From Spizellomyces punctatus DAOM BR117 (lineage: Eukaryota), in NCBI GenBank assembly GCA_000182565.2, contig KQ257458.1: a DNA stretch of 64,000 nt. One strand, 5' to 3'. Every line of letters begins with the position of its first letter. Positions within the stretch are counted from its first letter, which is position 1. Made by a program: the position numbers and the translations under genes. The notes under the pieces are model-generated. The model was given only the letters and a program-made list of their open reading frames with translations, was not told the origin of the DNA and searched no databases. Positions 12,946-26,904 of the stretch are shown one piece after another.

Positions 12946-14112
12946 CTAACAACACAACTCTTCCCCACTGGCTTCACCTAGTACAGCAGCCTGCACAGCT
13001 GCTCTTGTCCATTCAGAGAATATGGCTGCACCCACTGCTAAACCCGTTACCACCGCAAAGAACAAGCCGACATTGAATGTCATGGCCACCAACATCAATG
13101 CATACGCTCCCGTAACCGTGACAAACTTTGCCACTCCGCGCACAAGGGCCCTCTTGACCCGTTCCGATCTGGATTCATCAATGGCGCTAAGGACGAGTTC
13201 GCTTTTGGAGGATGAAGGAAAACCCGAGGATGATCGGCCATAGAGACGTTTGGCTTCGTAGGTTGCAATAAAGGCTTGCCAGGCTTCATAAAAGATGCCA
13301 AGGAAAAAGACGGCAAACCATGTTCCAGCGTACTGAGCGCTGGTGCGGGGAACCCATTTTTCAAAGAGAACATAGTCTACGATGCCTATATTTGTGGGTA
13401 AAAGGAAACGTGTCAAACAGAGTGGTAAAATCTTTCAACATGTTAAAGCAAAAAACGAACCAGTATGGAAGAACATTTTCATGACGGGGGGATCGTTGTT
13501 ACCACCGTCTGAGCTCGTTGAACAAAGTGACAAGCCAGGTGTCGCCGCACACATTTGCTTCCAGTCTGCACATTGTCTCATATCAGGCATTGCTTTGCAG
13601 AGTAGGGAATATGTTCCGAGCAAATCGCATTGGGCATAACCAGCGGTATCGGATGGAATGGAACATTGTTCACAACCAGGCATGCTCATTTCAGTGCAAA
13701 TGCTACGAATATTTTGTGTGGCGATTTTACTAGTCGGGATACTGGGCAGTGCGGCCGAGGTCGGTTCTTTGCACTGAGCATTGACTGTTGACGCCATGGT
13801 AGTCGAGTTACCGCACATGTTGACAAAAGTCTTGCAGGAGCCCATAGACGGCATGTCTGACGCGCAAATGTCCGCGTACAACGACATTGGTGAGCAATAC
13901 TGCTGCGGCACTTTGCCAGACGCACACTGTTGTTGGAGGGTGCAACCTGGCATCCCACTCATTTGGTGGCAGAGAGTGTCAACCAGCGACGTCGCATCGC
14001 TGTCCGAGAGCCGGAAAGACGCGCAATTTGGGTCTGTAGGTGTTGTCGGGCATGCTGTTTGCGCGAGAGCGAGGGCCAGGAAGGGAAGGATGAGAAGAAT
14101 GTGTTGCTGCAT
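12946..14112 (-). CDS. Ctr-family copper transporter with signal peptide and Cys/Met-rich ectodomain (2 exons)
   Basis: MKMFFHTG|IVDYVLFEKW, YALMLVAMTFN (MxxxM), GLAVG (GxxxG) and C-terminal CC. N-terminal signal peptide followed by four CxxMxxMxxC-like motifs. Confidence 0.88.
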
Positions 14113-14799
14113 GGTCTGCAAGGCCAAATGGTGAAAATGACTGGGGGAAAGAGGTCGTTTTGCCAGACGCTGACGGAGGGGCAGGGCAGAAATCCCTCAG
14201 CCCTCTCCTTTTAAATCCCCAAGTTTGAAACCTCCAAGGCGCCGCGCCAGAAAAGAGCCAATCAGATTGCGTTATTTTGGCCTCTCCATTCATGAGGTAT
14301 TTATGCGTGATTCACATCCAATCAATTGGCGTGTTTCATTATTATGTAAGCGATAAGGCTCGTGTGTGTGTGTTGTGTTTGACACTCTGGTGTCCAGCAA
14401 CCTCCTGCTCGATACGGATGGAGGGGAATAGACATGATGCACACAGAGCCAAACAGCAGATCAGTTACTTAATTGCTATTTATTGGCGAGAGCCACTGGC
14501 AACAGGAGCGCAGCTCAAACCAATCCGTTTATTGTACGGATCTTCCTTGCTCTTTACTCGCGATGAAAGATGACAAGGATGAGTAAATTGTATGAGCCGC
14601 TAAAACGTGCTGTAATCAAAGACAAGGCAGGTGACGTTCTGGCACGGATTTCCCCATTGCACAGTATTGAGGCTTAAAGTGTTGAGAGGAGGGAAGGACG
14701 AGAAAGATGCCAGCGTCCGCGCCCTGGAACCATGCACCATATCCCACTAGGAGGAAATGTTAACAGTTCTCCTTGCACGACGCGTGCCTTGGACACGAC

Positions 14800-14909
14800 A
14801 TCCCCCTGGCGAGGGGAAGGAAGCAACACACAACGCGTCGCGTCAAACGCGATATCCCTGCTGAACGGAAGATCCCCCTGGCGAGGGGAAGCAACACACG
14901 ACGCGTCGC
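14800..14909. repeat. Imperfect direct repeat, 2 copies of about 38-42 bp (14800-14841 and 14872-14909)
   Basis: atccccctggcgaggggaag[gaag]caacacac[a/g]acgcgtcgc occurs twice. Each copy contains a CCCCT-GGCG-AGGGG mini-hairpin and an ACGCGT site. Confidence 0.9.
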
Positions 14910-15648
14910 TTCGACGTGACAGCCCATGGCGCGTAATAAATAGGACGCGAACAGCGACCGCGGATATAAACCCCTTGCAGTTCCAGCCATGGAAAAACGC
15001 CCAACTCATCATAGCCGAGGTCTATAAAAGCAGCCCGTCTCTTTCCCCCTTCAGCTTTTCAACCTTTCGCATCTCCTCATTCCTCGGTTTTCGACAGATT
15101 GGTTGCATCCGTATGGTTACTCACATTTTAATACTTTTATTGCAATGGAGTAGAGCGCCATCACCGTAAATCAATGGATGTCAAATGGGCTACTGCGGTC
15201 AAAACATTGTGACATCTTGATCATTCGGTTCGTGGATATTTGGATGAAATGGATTATTGACGATGCACACTGTACGATTGAGAGAGGCATCCAAATATAA
15301 TGTGCGCGGAAGCGTCGTATGAGATCGCTTCGATCCTGGAAAGATGTGTTTGGCGCAATGGTAAGTCGATTGTTCCTGAACCGGAGAATGTGGGTCTGGA
15401 TTATTGTACGTTGGAGAACAGCAACGCAGCTGAGCGATATGTTGCGAAATCGGGCGTGCATTATGCATGACCGCCTGTGTCCCCTGGACTCTGTTTCATG
15501 CCAGTCTGTAAATTGCTTGTTGAAGAGCCGGATCATCGAAAGACAGAATAGTGTGTGTTGCGATTACAAGTTTGTACAACGGATGAGACAGAAGAATGGA
15601 ACTCATGTTGCTGCGTAATCTGCGCCAATCACTACTCTACTACCCTAC

Positions 15649-16347
15649 CTACGCCAACACAGAGATTTCCATGCCATCTTCTCTCTCCTCATCATACTCT
15701 AGCTTACCTTTGAAGAGCTCACTCTTTGAAAACTTGCCACTATTGCGGACAAAATCCAAATACTGCTCGCTATTGAATAGGATCACATTATCCGCAACCA
15801 CAACCCCGCCGCTTTTCAGTAACCCTTTGTCCAATATGGTCTTGAGATCCGGAAGATAGAGAGGCTTGTCATGATCAATGAAGATCAGATCGAATGGAGT
15901 GGAAGGGTCAAATTCCAGGAAAGCCTCATCTGACCGTTTGTTGACGAAGATGACCCGTTCGGATAGCCCTGCCTTTGCGACGACCTTGTCCGCTACCAGA
16001 GACTGCAGAGGGGAAGGGTCGACCGTGTATAAGCGGCCACCCTCAGGAAGAAGCCGTGCAATGCGAGTTGCAGAATATCCACAGTAGGTCCCAAGCTCGA
16101 GTACTCTACGAGGTTGATGCTGTTGAATGACACTATCAAGGTATTCTCCCTTTCGATCGCCTACATGCATCATCCTGAATCTCTGAATATAAGTGGACAA
16201 TGGACACTGTTTGGCCACGGGAAAATGAATTACAAACCGATTATTGTCCCAGCAGTATTTGTCTATGGTGGCCAAGACAGAGTCAGGATTCGACGCAGTC
16301 TTCTGCACAAGATTAAGCAGTTCCAGTTCACGCTTGTAGTCTGCCAT
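15649..16347 (-). CDS. Catechol O-methyltransferase-like SAM-dependent O-methyltransferase
   Basis: MMHVGDRKG, VLELGTYCGYSA, DLIFIDHDKPLY, VVVADNV, DGMEIS. One probable in-frame intron near the 5' end. Confidence 0.9.
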   Translation of the reverse strand: MADYKRELELLNLVQKTASNPDSVLATIDKYCWDNNRFVIHFPVAKQCPLSTYIQRFRMMHVGDRKGEYLDSVIQQHQPRRVLELGTYCGYSATRIARLLPEGGRLYTVDPSPLQSLVADKVVAKAGLSERVIFVNKRSDEAFLEFDPSTPFDLIFIDHDKPLYLPDLKTILDKGLLKSGGVVVADNVILFNSEQYLDFVRNSGKFSKSELFKGKLEYDEEREDGMEISVLA

Positions 16348-17451
16348 TGCTGCGATCGTGATGCGGTTCAGAAAGAGATGGAACAGTGGAACAGTCAAAG
16401 TTGTTCGCGCCACAATGATTACTAAACCATATGTCAGCCTTCAGCACTCTTGTTTTCCTTTGAAGCTTCTTTCCTTTAATTGCAGGCGATGCCATGTGCA
16501 TTCTCGAACATTACCTCCAATTCATTGCGCCAATCTGAACATTGGACATTATGTACACTGTCGTAAACTTACTCGTGGGAGGAGTCTCCTCCCTTGCCAC
16601 ACTCGCAGCGCATGTTTTTAGATGGATACTTACTTTCTAGTCATTGCGCAAGTTCCAGCAGCCTACCAAACCCTTCATACGTATGTATATCACATCATAA
16701 CTTTCACCTATTATTCTGCCCTGTTCATTCACCTTACAAGTGAACACAATCACCGTCAGCAAGTCTCATGGCATGCTCATCCCAGTCGGCATCCAGTGCT
16801 CCCTAGCCATATAGTCTTGAACCACTATCCTGACCATTTCGTGAGGAGTCGTGCTGTAGCTCTGGTGCCTGCATTGATGAGATTCCAATGGATTCAACCT
16901 GCTCCAATTCCTCCCCTTGGCCAGCAACACGTGCGATTGACGGTCATGCTTAGTCATGTAATTTGTCCTTTTTTGGCAGTCACCGGAGTTTCAATTGAAA
17001 AGCAACCGATGCCGTCGTCTCCCGCGGTCGTCGACGTTGTGAGGGTTTCTTGCTTTGGGGTCCTGCTGCGGGAACGGAGAAGCCGAAGGAGCTATTTGGA
17101 TTTTTTGCGTTTCAAAAACCAGGACCCTAGTTTGACCTTTGCTGGGGCTTGAAAGCTAAAACCTTTGAACCTGTGCAGACTGTGAAAGGCGACAACGTCG
17201 AACGGAAAAAAGATAACACAGTCAGCTCCGTTTGCCGGTGGTGCCAGTGCCTTTTCCAACGCTGCTTCCTTTCTGCTTTGTCGAACAGTTGTGGCTGCGC
17301 ATCCACAGGCCAATTCTTCGCTGGTACTGCTCAACTTGATCGATAGCCCCCGAAAAAGAGTTGCGGCCCGAACAGTGCGCAGTATTAGCACGTGTGACAA
17401 AGTAAAACGTCAACTTGGATACCTTTCAAGGATATTGGCACTGGGTTTGAT

Positions 17452-19155
17452 ATGGCGGCGGAATATCTTCCCCATCCACAGGCAAGAGGACAGGTAGACT
17501 TGGGGCTATCAAAGCGTCTACATATTCAACAGCCAAAGCGACCACATATCAGCACTGGGAACGACAAGGTAATGTTTGCTGCATACCGCGCGATCGTTGA
17601 TTTTATGTATCGAATTCTTTTTACATTTTCGTTTTCTGATATACTTTGCGTTTCTGCGTACAGTCCTCTGACATGTTGTCAGCTAGCGATAACCCACAGG
17701 GTTTCCGCTCGCTTGATGCACGACCACTTCCCTACGAGGTTCCTCCGATCGGAGTGCACCAAAACGATACGGTTAAACAAAAGACTGTGTCCGTTCAGTC
17801 ACACCATCCATCGCCACCTGCTTCACCGTCACCAACTACGGCATACCCGGGACCAGCCCTAGACTCTAACCTGCAACTTCCCAGTACTCCTTCGTATGCC
17901 AAGAAGGGTAAATCTGCCAACATCAGTAGACCGAACGTTAATATCAACATCACGTACAGCACAAATTACAACCTCAATGTCGGAGGTGGCAGATTCGACT
18001 CATTCCTTTCCTCACCGGTCAAAAAGAGCTTCGTAGGCAGTACGCTCACTCGTCTACAGCGACTAGCGACGCCCTCTATCAATCGGGACACTATCAAGTT
18101 CTGTCTCTTCTGTAGTCTGTGGTACTCCTCATCAGCGCTCACCAATAACACGGGGAAACAGATTCTAAATCACTTCAAGTATCCTGTGACGCTGACATAC
18201 ATACAATTTGGATTTGTGTCGGGGCTGTGTTGGTTGATGAGTCGAATGGGCGCTGTGGGAGCCATTAAACGACCCAATCGTGGAGTAATCAGTCAAGTAC
18301 TCCCTCTTGCCATCTTTCAAATTGCTGGCCATATTTTTTCGTCAATGGCTATCTCGAGGGTGCCTGTTAGTTTTGCGCATACCATAAAAGTGAGTAGCAT
18401 CGGATAAGCCGTTATCCTCTGTGGGATCGCCATTGACAGTTTGGTATTTTGTTACTATCAAGGCACTCTCCCCGCTGTTCACAGTGTTCCTCTACCGTGT
18501 AATTTATCAAGTCTTTTACGGCCCCAAAGTGTACCTCTCCTTGCTCCCATTGACACTAGGTGTCATGCTCGTCTGCATGAGCGAGTTGACATTCAATATG
18601 GTCGGCTTTCTCTGTGCCTTGATATCAACCCTCATCTTTGTCGTACAAAACATATTCTCCAAAAAGATTTTTACAGAGAACAGCGGAGGCGGGAGCAACA
18701 AGCTAGACAAGATCAGTTTGCTGTTTTATTCTTCCGGTCTAGCCTTTCTGCTCATGGGTCCGTTATGGCTTTCTTCGGATGGATGGGGCTTTCTTTTTGG
18801 ACCGTCGTCGGACCGAAAGGTGGCATCATGGATGAGCCACCGTATACCCATGCTCTTTCTTCTCAACGGAACGACACATTTTGCGCAAAATGTCATCGCT
18901 TTCCATCTCCTCTCGCTTGTATCGCCCGTGACCTACAGTGTAGCGAGTCTCATCAAACGTATTTTTGTTATAACCGCCAGTATTATCTGGTTTGCGCAGC
19001 CGGTGGATGCGAGACAGGGGGCTGGGATCCTATTGACGTTTTTTGGCCTGTGGGTTTATCAAGGGGCTAAGCGAGAAGTTGGGAAGGGGGAGGAGAAGCT
19101 GGTGAAAGTAAGGGAAGTGTTACCCCTTAGTAGGAATGGGAAGAGCTCGATATAG
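17452..19155 (+). CDS. Triose-phosphate/nucleotide-sugar transporter family protein (SLC35E1/Sly41-like)
   Basis: LWYSSSALTNNTGKQIL, YPVTLTYIQF, VSFAHTIK|ALSPLFTV, VSPVTYSVASLIKRIFVI. First exon from 17452 joins in frame through a GT-AG intron. Confidence 0.87.
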
Positions 19156-19612
19156 ATGTTAGTTTTGTACATTTGGGTTTGCGGATGGGCGTGGCACCAG
19201 CTTTCCTTGCCTTCGTATTGTGCATCTTGCTTGTTTTTGGGGACAATAGACACTATTTATGTAGGATGTATTTAAAGCGAGAGACATCTCTCCTGTGCAG
19301 GGTAGATTGCAAAGACAGAGAATACATGGACCCTACGACACAACAGAAACACATCACCCAGAGCAGAGATTCAATGGGCTTCCCTATCTGGGATGATTTC
19401 AGAGTTTGGCAGCTCATTCTCGCTGAAATTCCTGACTTGTAAAAAACAAAACAAAACTACTACAGTCATCTAATAAAATAGTCTATATATCTTTATCAAA
19501 TCGATTACAAGTCGTGCACCCATACCACCCACAATCATCCCAAAATAAAGTGAGCACAGTTCAGACTCAAGGAGCCACTACATACAAGTTAGTTTCTTTG
19601 GAAAAGGGCAAA

Positions 19613-22600
19613 TTATTCCAATTTTGTAGTCATAATTTCCTGACCAGGATCTGAGATAATAGACATGTCAGATCGTGAAAGCGAGCCAATGTCACCGGTT
19701 CCGCTGCTCTCAGTTTCGCTACATGATTGATTTCGGATATGGACCACTTTGAGAGTAGGTCTGGATTGACAAAATGAGAAATAATTGTTACTTACATGCG
19801 GTGAATCAAGGTAACAACAAACGACTTACAGTTTCCCCATGCGATATGCCTTTGATACTCTCCACCGCTGCTTCTCCTGCAACCGACTTTTAGCCAGCGT
19901 CCCCGCGGCCAAAAATGCTACAGCATCCACCAAAAACCCATGTCTTTCCAAAACCGCGTGGACGATTCTCGGCACCACATTGAACACGTCCGCCTCTCTG
20001 ATAATCTCTGTCACACAGACTACTCGATTGGGCGCAGGTTGGAACATGACGCTGTACGTGACATTTGTTCAGCTTTTGCACAACGTCGAGGGAGAAGACA
20101 ACACGTTGAGACATACCATCCACGTTTTGGAATACTCTTGTGACACCCCTCAACCGTGGCTTCAACATCCGGTTGATAAAATCGGTAGCCATTTACAATG
20201 ATTTCCTCGTGCATGGCTCCAACAACAAACAACACCATTTCGTAAGGCAACCCAGCAAAAACCAAGCTGTCCCACCCGTTGGAGACATAGTCGGTTCCAT
20301 CGCGGTGGAGGCTTTCCGTTAACGGCGTTTGATCCGAAGTGTCCACAGGAACAGGCCATAGGAATCCTTTGTCGCCAGTTCTGGCAAAAAGGAGTGATGT
20401 GTCGAGACCTTCCACACGGGATTGGAACTGAATTTCATTGTGCTGAGGCGTGACTGAAGAAATATCGGCCGTAGCGCTCCCTGCAAAGCATTGGACATTG
20501 CCAGGTGAGCACACCCAAATCTCTCCAATCTGATCTGGCGGGCATAGCCTCCGAGTTGCGGGGTCAACAATGGCAACGAGGGTGTTATTGGGTATCTATC
20601 AGCAAAAGGTTGAGTCTCGCTTTGACAAAACTGGCGAGAATATCAAACCACACTTACCTTGCCACTATCTTGCAGAATCAGCACGTCTATTTCACGTCCC
20701 TCCCCATCCTTGAGAGTCTCCTTCACCTTGCCACTCTCTCCTCGAGTCTCCTTTAGAACCTTTACCCGCCCCTTCGCCAAGTCCTTCATATCCACCCACA
20801 GAGTGGTGACTTCCGTCCGCATGTAGCCTCTAGTTGCCACCATAGGATTTACAACAGGAGAATAGACCGTGGCAATAGCTTGGTCTTCCAGACGATTGGC
20901 AAGGAAATTTTGATGTATTGCTGTGTCTGCGAACGCTTGTGAGGCTTGCATGCACACTTGGGACCAAGACTTGTTACGGGTTACTTACAAATATCAGGCC
21001 TTGTCCGTCCTTCAGTCGTAATCATCAGATTGCGCACGTTATGCAAAGAGAACGAGCGATAATCCACATTTTTCATGCTACCCATAGCATGCTCCAGCAT
21101 TGGATACGTCGCAAATGCGTCCTTGACTACATGGTATAACGTCAATCAGGGATAATTCAATAAATACCAACGTTTCGACCTTCGATCCTCACCTCTATAC
21201 TTGTACAGTCCGTCAAACCACACTTGAGGATTCATGAAATATTCAAAAGGTGGCAGGATCAAAACTGGTGACCCAACGTAAACCCCCAATAACATGGAAT
21301 AAAGGAATCCCAATCCGTTATAGCTGCGCACACAAGAAAGAAGCGGGACATAGCTCGGAGGCTTCTGTGCTATACCGGTGTGTGCGTTTGGAATCGTTGA
21401 ATGAAGCATATGGCCATGGATCACTTGTAGGCGGCATTGTTGGAGTAATGTGGAATGGCTCAGACCTACACACGTCGATCGCATATCTGGAGTGTAATGA
21501 ACCAGGATGAGGGCCACTTCTTTTGACGGCTCGGTAGATGAAATTGTTGAGGATGTAGGAGTAATATCCGCAGAAGGCGCACGTGCATAATAGAAGATCG
21601 GGTCATCTAAACTCATCATCTTCGTAGTCTTTGGGATCTTGCTCGTATTCACTATGCATGGGAAGGCAATTTTTTTGTCCTTCTCGGCGCCCAAGCCTCT
21701 CTGACTTTGTCGTACAGCTCGGATCATACTGACAACTTGCTTTCCTTTCAAGGCTTCCTCCACAGCTCCATTGACCAGAATATTCTTCACCTGAAAGTCA
21801 TCTATCAACGCGATCAACATGGGAACATCTTCGATGAGCCTTGCGCCGTCCAACGGCGAGAGTGGAATGGGTACGATGCCGGCGTACAGACAGGCGTGCA
21901 ATGCGTACATGTATTCGTAACCATGGGTGTACATGAGGATAACACGATCCAATGGCTGTAGACCCTTCTTTTGGACGAGCCAAGTGGCGAGTGAGTGAAC
22001 CTTCATGGAAAACTTCTGGAACGTAGGTCCCTTGCTATCGCGACCGCGATGATCTAACAGCGTAATTGCAGGTTCATTAGGGAAGGCCTCAGCTCGCCAT
22101 GCAAACAGATGACTCAGCGTTGGGAATTCTGTGAGATCTTTGGACGTTTTGTCGTCAAGTAGTGGAACATCTGCCATGCCACCCACAACCTGGCCGACAT
22201 TTTGATGTTGATATCGGCGGAAATCACCATCGCTCGCAGGATCGTAAAAAGATATGGTGCTAATGACCTCCGGTTCGACGTTAATGTGCATATCCACTAC
22301 ATTCAGGTGTCCAGCCAGGAAGGCCGCCTTGCACACGTCAACATCGAGAGGAACAAGTTTCCGCTTATCCATCACAATCGCTGGCAGCGTTTTGGAAGCT
22401 CGCGCCAGGGTGTTCAGCGCCTCATCGTTCGCCTGGCTGACAGTGACCACCCCAGATGTGTATCCATAAAATGTTGTCTGCATCTGAGTTCCTGTATTTT
22501 TATCTGGTTTTGATCGCGGCAATGACCCTGCATGACAGGTGCCAACGCAGTATGTTCGCAGCCCATGATGCGTGTTGAGTATTCGAGCAATATCCTGTCC

Positions 22601-25600
22601 CATAGCTCCAGGCGATGATGCAGGTCGGGATGATTCTAGAAGGACGACTGGAAGGTGCTCTCCATGAATCGAGACTGTGAAAATAGTGCTTAAAGGAGAG
22701 AAGGTTGGTAAACCACCTTGTGTTGTGCAAGACAAGTAAGACCGCCAACCTACCAGCAATCAATGCCAGCGACATTCGCCAAAATGGTCTCCACCAATTC
22801 AGTTGCAAAATGGGCGTCAAGTTCCTCGCCAGTTCCTTTGCTTCTAGTAATGCTGGGTCTCCGTTCCATTGGTGATGTTCCCTGCAGCTTTCTCTGTAAA
22901 AGTCGATCCCGTCGAATCCCAGCAATGAATAATCGTGGAGTTTTGACGCCAGGAACCGCATTTCCGTCGATGATGAAGCCTAGCAACCCTGTCTGGATGA
23001 AGTCTTGGTTTTCAAGAGTTTCTATGCGGAAGAAAGGTACAGATAAATCACTATGGACGCTGGCTGATGACGGTGTCCGGCGATGGGATGGCTGAGAACC
23101 CAAAGGATCATTTTTCACATAAATCGTTGGATGTGCGTGAAATATCTGGTCACTCAATTTCGGTAACGCCCAAAAGGATTGGGGGAGGGATTCAGGTGCG
23201 CTGACCCACACTTCACCAAGTACATTGGGAGGCTGCAGGGATTTGGTTTCCGGATCAACAATGGCCACAGATGCTACCCACCAAATTCATAAATCAGTAA
23301 CACGCTCTAAGATAGCAGTTGCCCGGAAACACATTCACCTTCTGGTATGATATATCCAACATCCGTCATCCTGACAGTACCAGGAACTTTAGCCTTGGCA
23401 TCCGTTTTCCCGTCTCCCACATACCCAACAATCTCCACCCGATTATCTTTGAACGCTTCCGAGTCGATCCATATGTCGACTCTGTCTTCCACCCCACCAC
23501 CAGAGCCTCGCTCACGCATCCCGAGCAGCATGCCACCAAATTCATCCAAAGTTAACAAGGGAGAAATCGCACAACTATGTCGTAATCCGTATTGCTGGAG
23601 AATGCGGAAAATGTCATCTTGGAAGGAGGCATGAGGGACAGGGGTATTTATGAACAATGTATGAAGCAGGGATAGATCGGGGGGACTCTTCTTGTTGGGT
23701 GGGAATGGTAGGGAGGAGAGAACGTCCACCATGCCTGGGTTATCAATGAGCGCAACCGTCGCTATTTGACACCACCAGATGCAATCAATGGCATGGCCAC
23801 CTGAAAAACACAAACAGACCGCATGCAGCACATACCTTTATGTCTGGTTGCAGCCATGATCCAAGCTCCAGATACACTTAATCCCGCTTCCGACACTAAA
23901 ACTGTATGTACACCTGAATAAATCCCAAAAAACGCTGCAACCAACAATCCAGCTTGTTGCCTAGGCTCCAAAGAGGTAAAGAAGACATCCCCAGCTCCAA
24001 AGCCATTCGCTCCTGTAAATTGATGGCATTGGCTAAGAATCGCTCGATGGCCGACTACAATCCCCTTGAGTTCTCCTACGGCATTTTTAGTGTACTCAAC
24101 ATAAGCCACTTCGGCACTGTTGACGGTCACCGCTTGATCTGCGCCTTTCTTTTTGATTGATGTGCCGAATTCATTCGTTTTCCACCAGTCGATGCGCGGA
24201 AGGTTGGCGGTTCGGTGTACATGAAACTCGCGAGTAAGGGTTTTCACCTGAGAATCAGTAGTTAATGCCAAGTTGATTTGGCAGTTATCGCTGATAAAAG
24301 TTGAGGCAGAAAGTGAGTATATGCAGACTACTTTGTCGTCGCGATGGAACGGTATACGAAACAATGAACTTACAGTATGAATACGATCTCGGTCAGCTCA
24401 TCATCCACATGGGTAGAACTGGTCACAATTGGCACAGCAACCATGCCAGCATACAAGCATCCATAAAATGCGACCAGAAACTCCAAGACTTCGGTTCGCC
24501 GATAAAGTAACGCAACGTTATCTCCTCGTTTGAGTGTGGATTTTTCCTTGATCACTTGCGCAACTTTCTCAGCACGCGCATTTAGCTTTTCGTAGGTAAT
24601 CGAAATTGAGTCGCGTCCCTTGTGATCCAAAACCGTGAATGCAACGTTCTTGGGAGTCTTTTGGGAGCGGTAGCGGAGGATGGCCGCAATCGTCGGGAAT
24701 GTATCTAGTAACGTTCCTGCCTGATCCAGCACAGGATTCTGACTTTCTCGGTAGCGGGTAGGTAGCGCCTGTCTACTCAAAAACGCAGCCGCACGTTCAT
24801 AGTCCCGTTCGAGAGTTCTTACATTGGTATGTGGAACTGGCGAAGGCAATTGCTGTGCAATACGAAGCGTACCCCGCCAACCAGGTTGGAAGACCAATGG
24901 TGGTACGACGGGCAACATGCCAACCGGTGATGGTGGCAGGTAAATTTGAGGAGGAGACTGTTGAATGCTGTGGGGATGAAGTTGTTGTTCATAATGTCTC
25001 GTGTAAGCCAGTCGGGATTCAGGGTGCGCCCAATCAGGTTCCCCTGCATAGTACTCATCAGAGTGATATTCTCCAACCGAGCCTTCTCTCGACAAATTTT
25101 GCGGAGTATGAAATGCAGAGTTGGGCGCTGTGTTGGTGAGCTCTCCACTAATATCCGACATTGAGCTATGTCTTGAATGCGGGGCAGAGTGTTCGGGGGA
25201 TAGGACTGGTGAGCTTCCGGCACTATGAGAGCGCTGATGGATAGAAGGTATCGGCAGGCATTGCGCGGGAGCCCCGTGCATGGGCTGATAGAATGACGGC
25301 GGTAAGTGGTATTGGGGATGTGGGGGTCCATGGTGGGCGTATGCGGGACGTGCAGGATAGACTGCTGTGGGTAGTCCATTCGACGGTAATAGCGCCTCTG
25401 TCGGTGAACTGTATTTTCTGTAGATGCTTTGAGGTCGCTGCCCAAACGCATGGGAGTCAGATGGAGAGAACGCTGGTGGAGGGGGAAACGCAAAACCTCG
25501 AGGTGGACCAGCCACCGGGGAGGAGCCGCGTAGATGCATGACAGGGTGCATTCCAATATGCGTCGAACTTCTCCCTAGCATGATATGCTGGCTGCCGTCA

Positions 25601-26190
25601 TAAGCAGGAGCGCTTCTTGGCGAGTGACTAGCATCCTGGGTCCAAGATCGGGGTATGGTCGGCCCATTCGGAATGCGTATTGATGGTGGTGATGGCGCTT
25701 TTCCTTCTGCACTCCGCTGGCCCGTAACGGCAATAGCATCTTCCCCAGCCATCCCCACAGACTGCATCACATCCTTGTTATTGTTCGCCACTTCCTCCCC
25801 GATCGGTGAGCCTGCCTCCGACGTCGATTCAAAAGTCGGACTGACACTATGCTCCTCTGATATATACATGCTCGCCAGATCATCTGTTACAGCATCAGGT
25901 TCATCCTCCCATTCACCCTCGGCGACATTATGTATTCGTGTCGTCGTATCCGATTGCCTCGGTGAAACGGCCGTCGGTGCTGTCTTCAAAAATATGACTA
26001 AAATTAACAAATAACAAGTGCAACACTCAACAACCTGACTTACCATATAAGTCTCCAAAAGCTTTTGCCGCTTCTTCTCAAACCCTTTCTGTGTAATATC
26101 TCCTTCGGCAAGCTCATTCTCCAAATTCCTCAATTCTGTGACAACATGTTCGGGCAGTCCATTCAAGTCAGTTGGTAGCAGTGAAGACAT
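19613..26190 (-). CDS. DIP2: DIP2/Cmr2-family protein (DMAP1-binding domain plus tandem adenylate-forming-like domains)
   Basis: N-terminal LENELAEGDITQKGFEKKRQKLL (DMAP1-binding). Two AMP-binding-like modules: AFYGCLYAGMVAVP / AYVEYTKNAVGELKGI and ALHACLYAGIVPIP / FARTGDKGFL. C-terminal LAKSRLQEKQR. Many introns; last exon inferred. Confidence 0.88.
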
Positions 26191-26904
26191 TATGATAGTG
26201 AATGTACATAGGGGTTACTGGAGGCGCACGTATGGTCTTCCGGGACAGGCTAATGACTCGTTTGCGAACAGAAAAGCATGGGAGTATTTTGCATTGGGAT
26301 GGAATAAGGACAAAGGTCATGTGCACGGCATCACGTCAATGTCAGCAGTATCATCTCGAGTGAACAATGCATACGTACCTTGTACACTGGTACACACTAC
26401 TGGGCAAATAAAAATGAATAACAGATGAAGGGCCTGTCAAGCTGGGTCAACGTCTGGCGGGGGTTCGGCTGTTCAGCGCTAAGATCCAAATTGGCGCCTC
26501 CGACGCGACGTCAGCAATTTGTTTATCTTGAAAACGATCAACGTGCGCGGTCCATCCCATCAACGAGAAGGCAGGGCTATGAAACGGTAGTATAAAATGA
26601 CATGAAAGGAATTGCAATACTTTATTACATGCAAAAATGTGCGCTCAGGGCAACGTCAAAGGAATACAACAAATAGAGAAAAACACAGATTGGTAAGATA
26701 TACAAGCATACAATTCCCAAATTTCAATCAACAAATGATTCAAAATGACGCCAACAGCGCATCCCAATATCGTCTCAGGCACACCTCTCAACGTCCATAT
26801 CAAGTAGGGAACCGCCATCACAGCTTTGTTCTCCGTTTCTTGGCTTCGTGACGCGCACCATCATCGCTATCATCTTGTAAAGTGTCCGAGCTTTCCTCGG
26901 CTAG

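Noticed and set aside
14113-14680. Mac1-type copper-response elements upstream of the Ctr gene
   Set aside because: Only partial TGCTC cores were seen, with no full TTTGCTC(A/G) pair.
16622-17152. 176-aa ORF between COMT and the TPT transporter
   Set aside because: No recognisable motif, and it lies in a divergent promoter region; unsupported as a gene.
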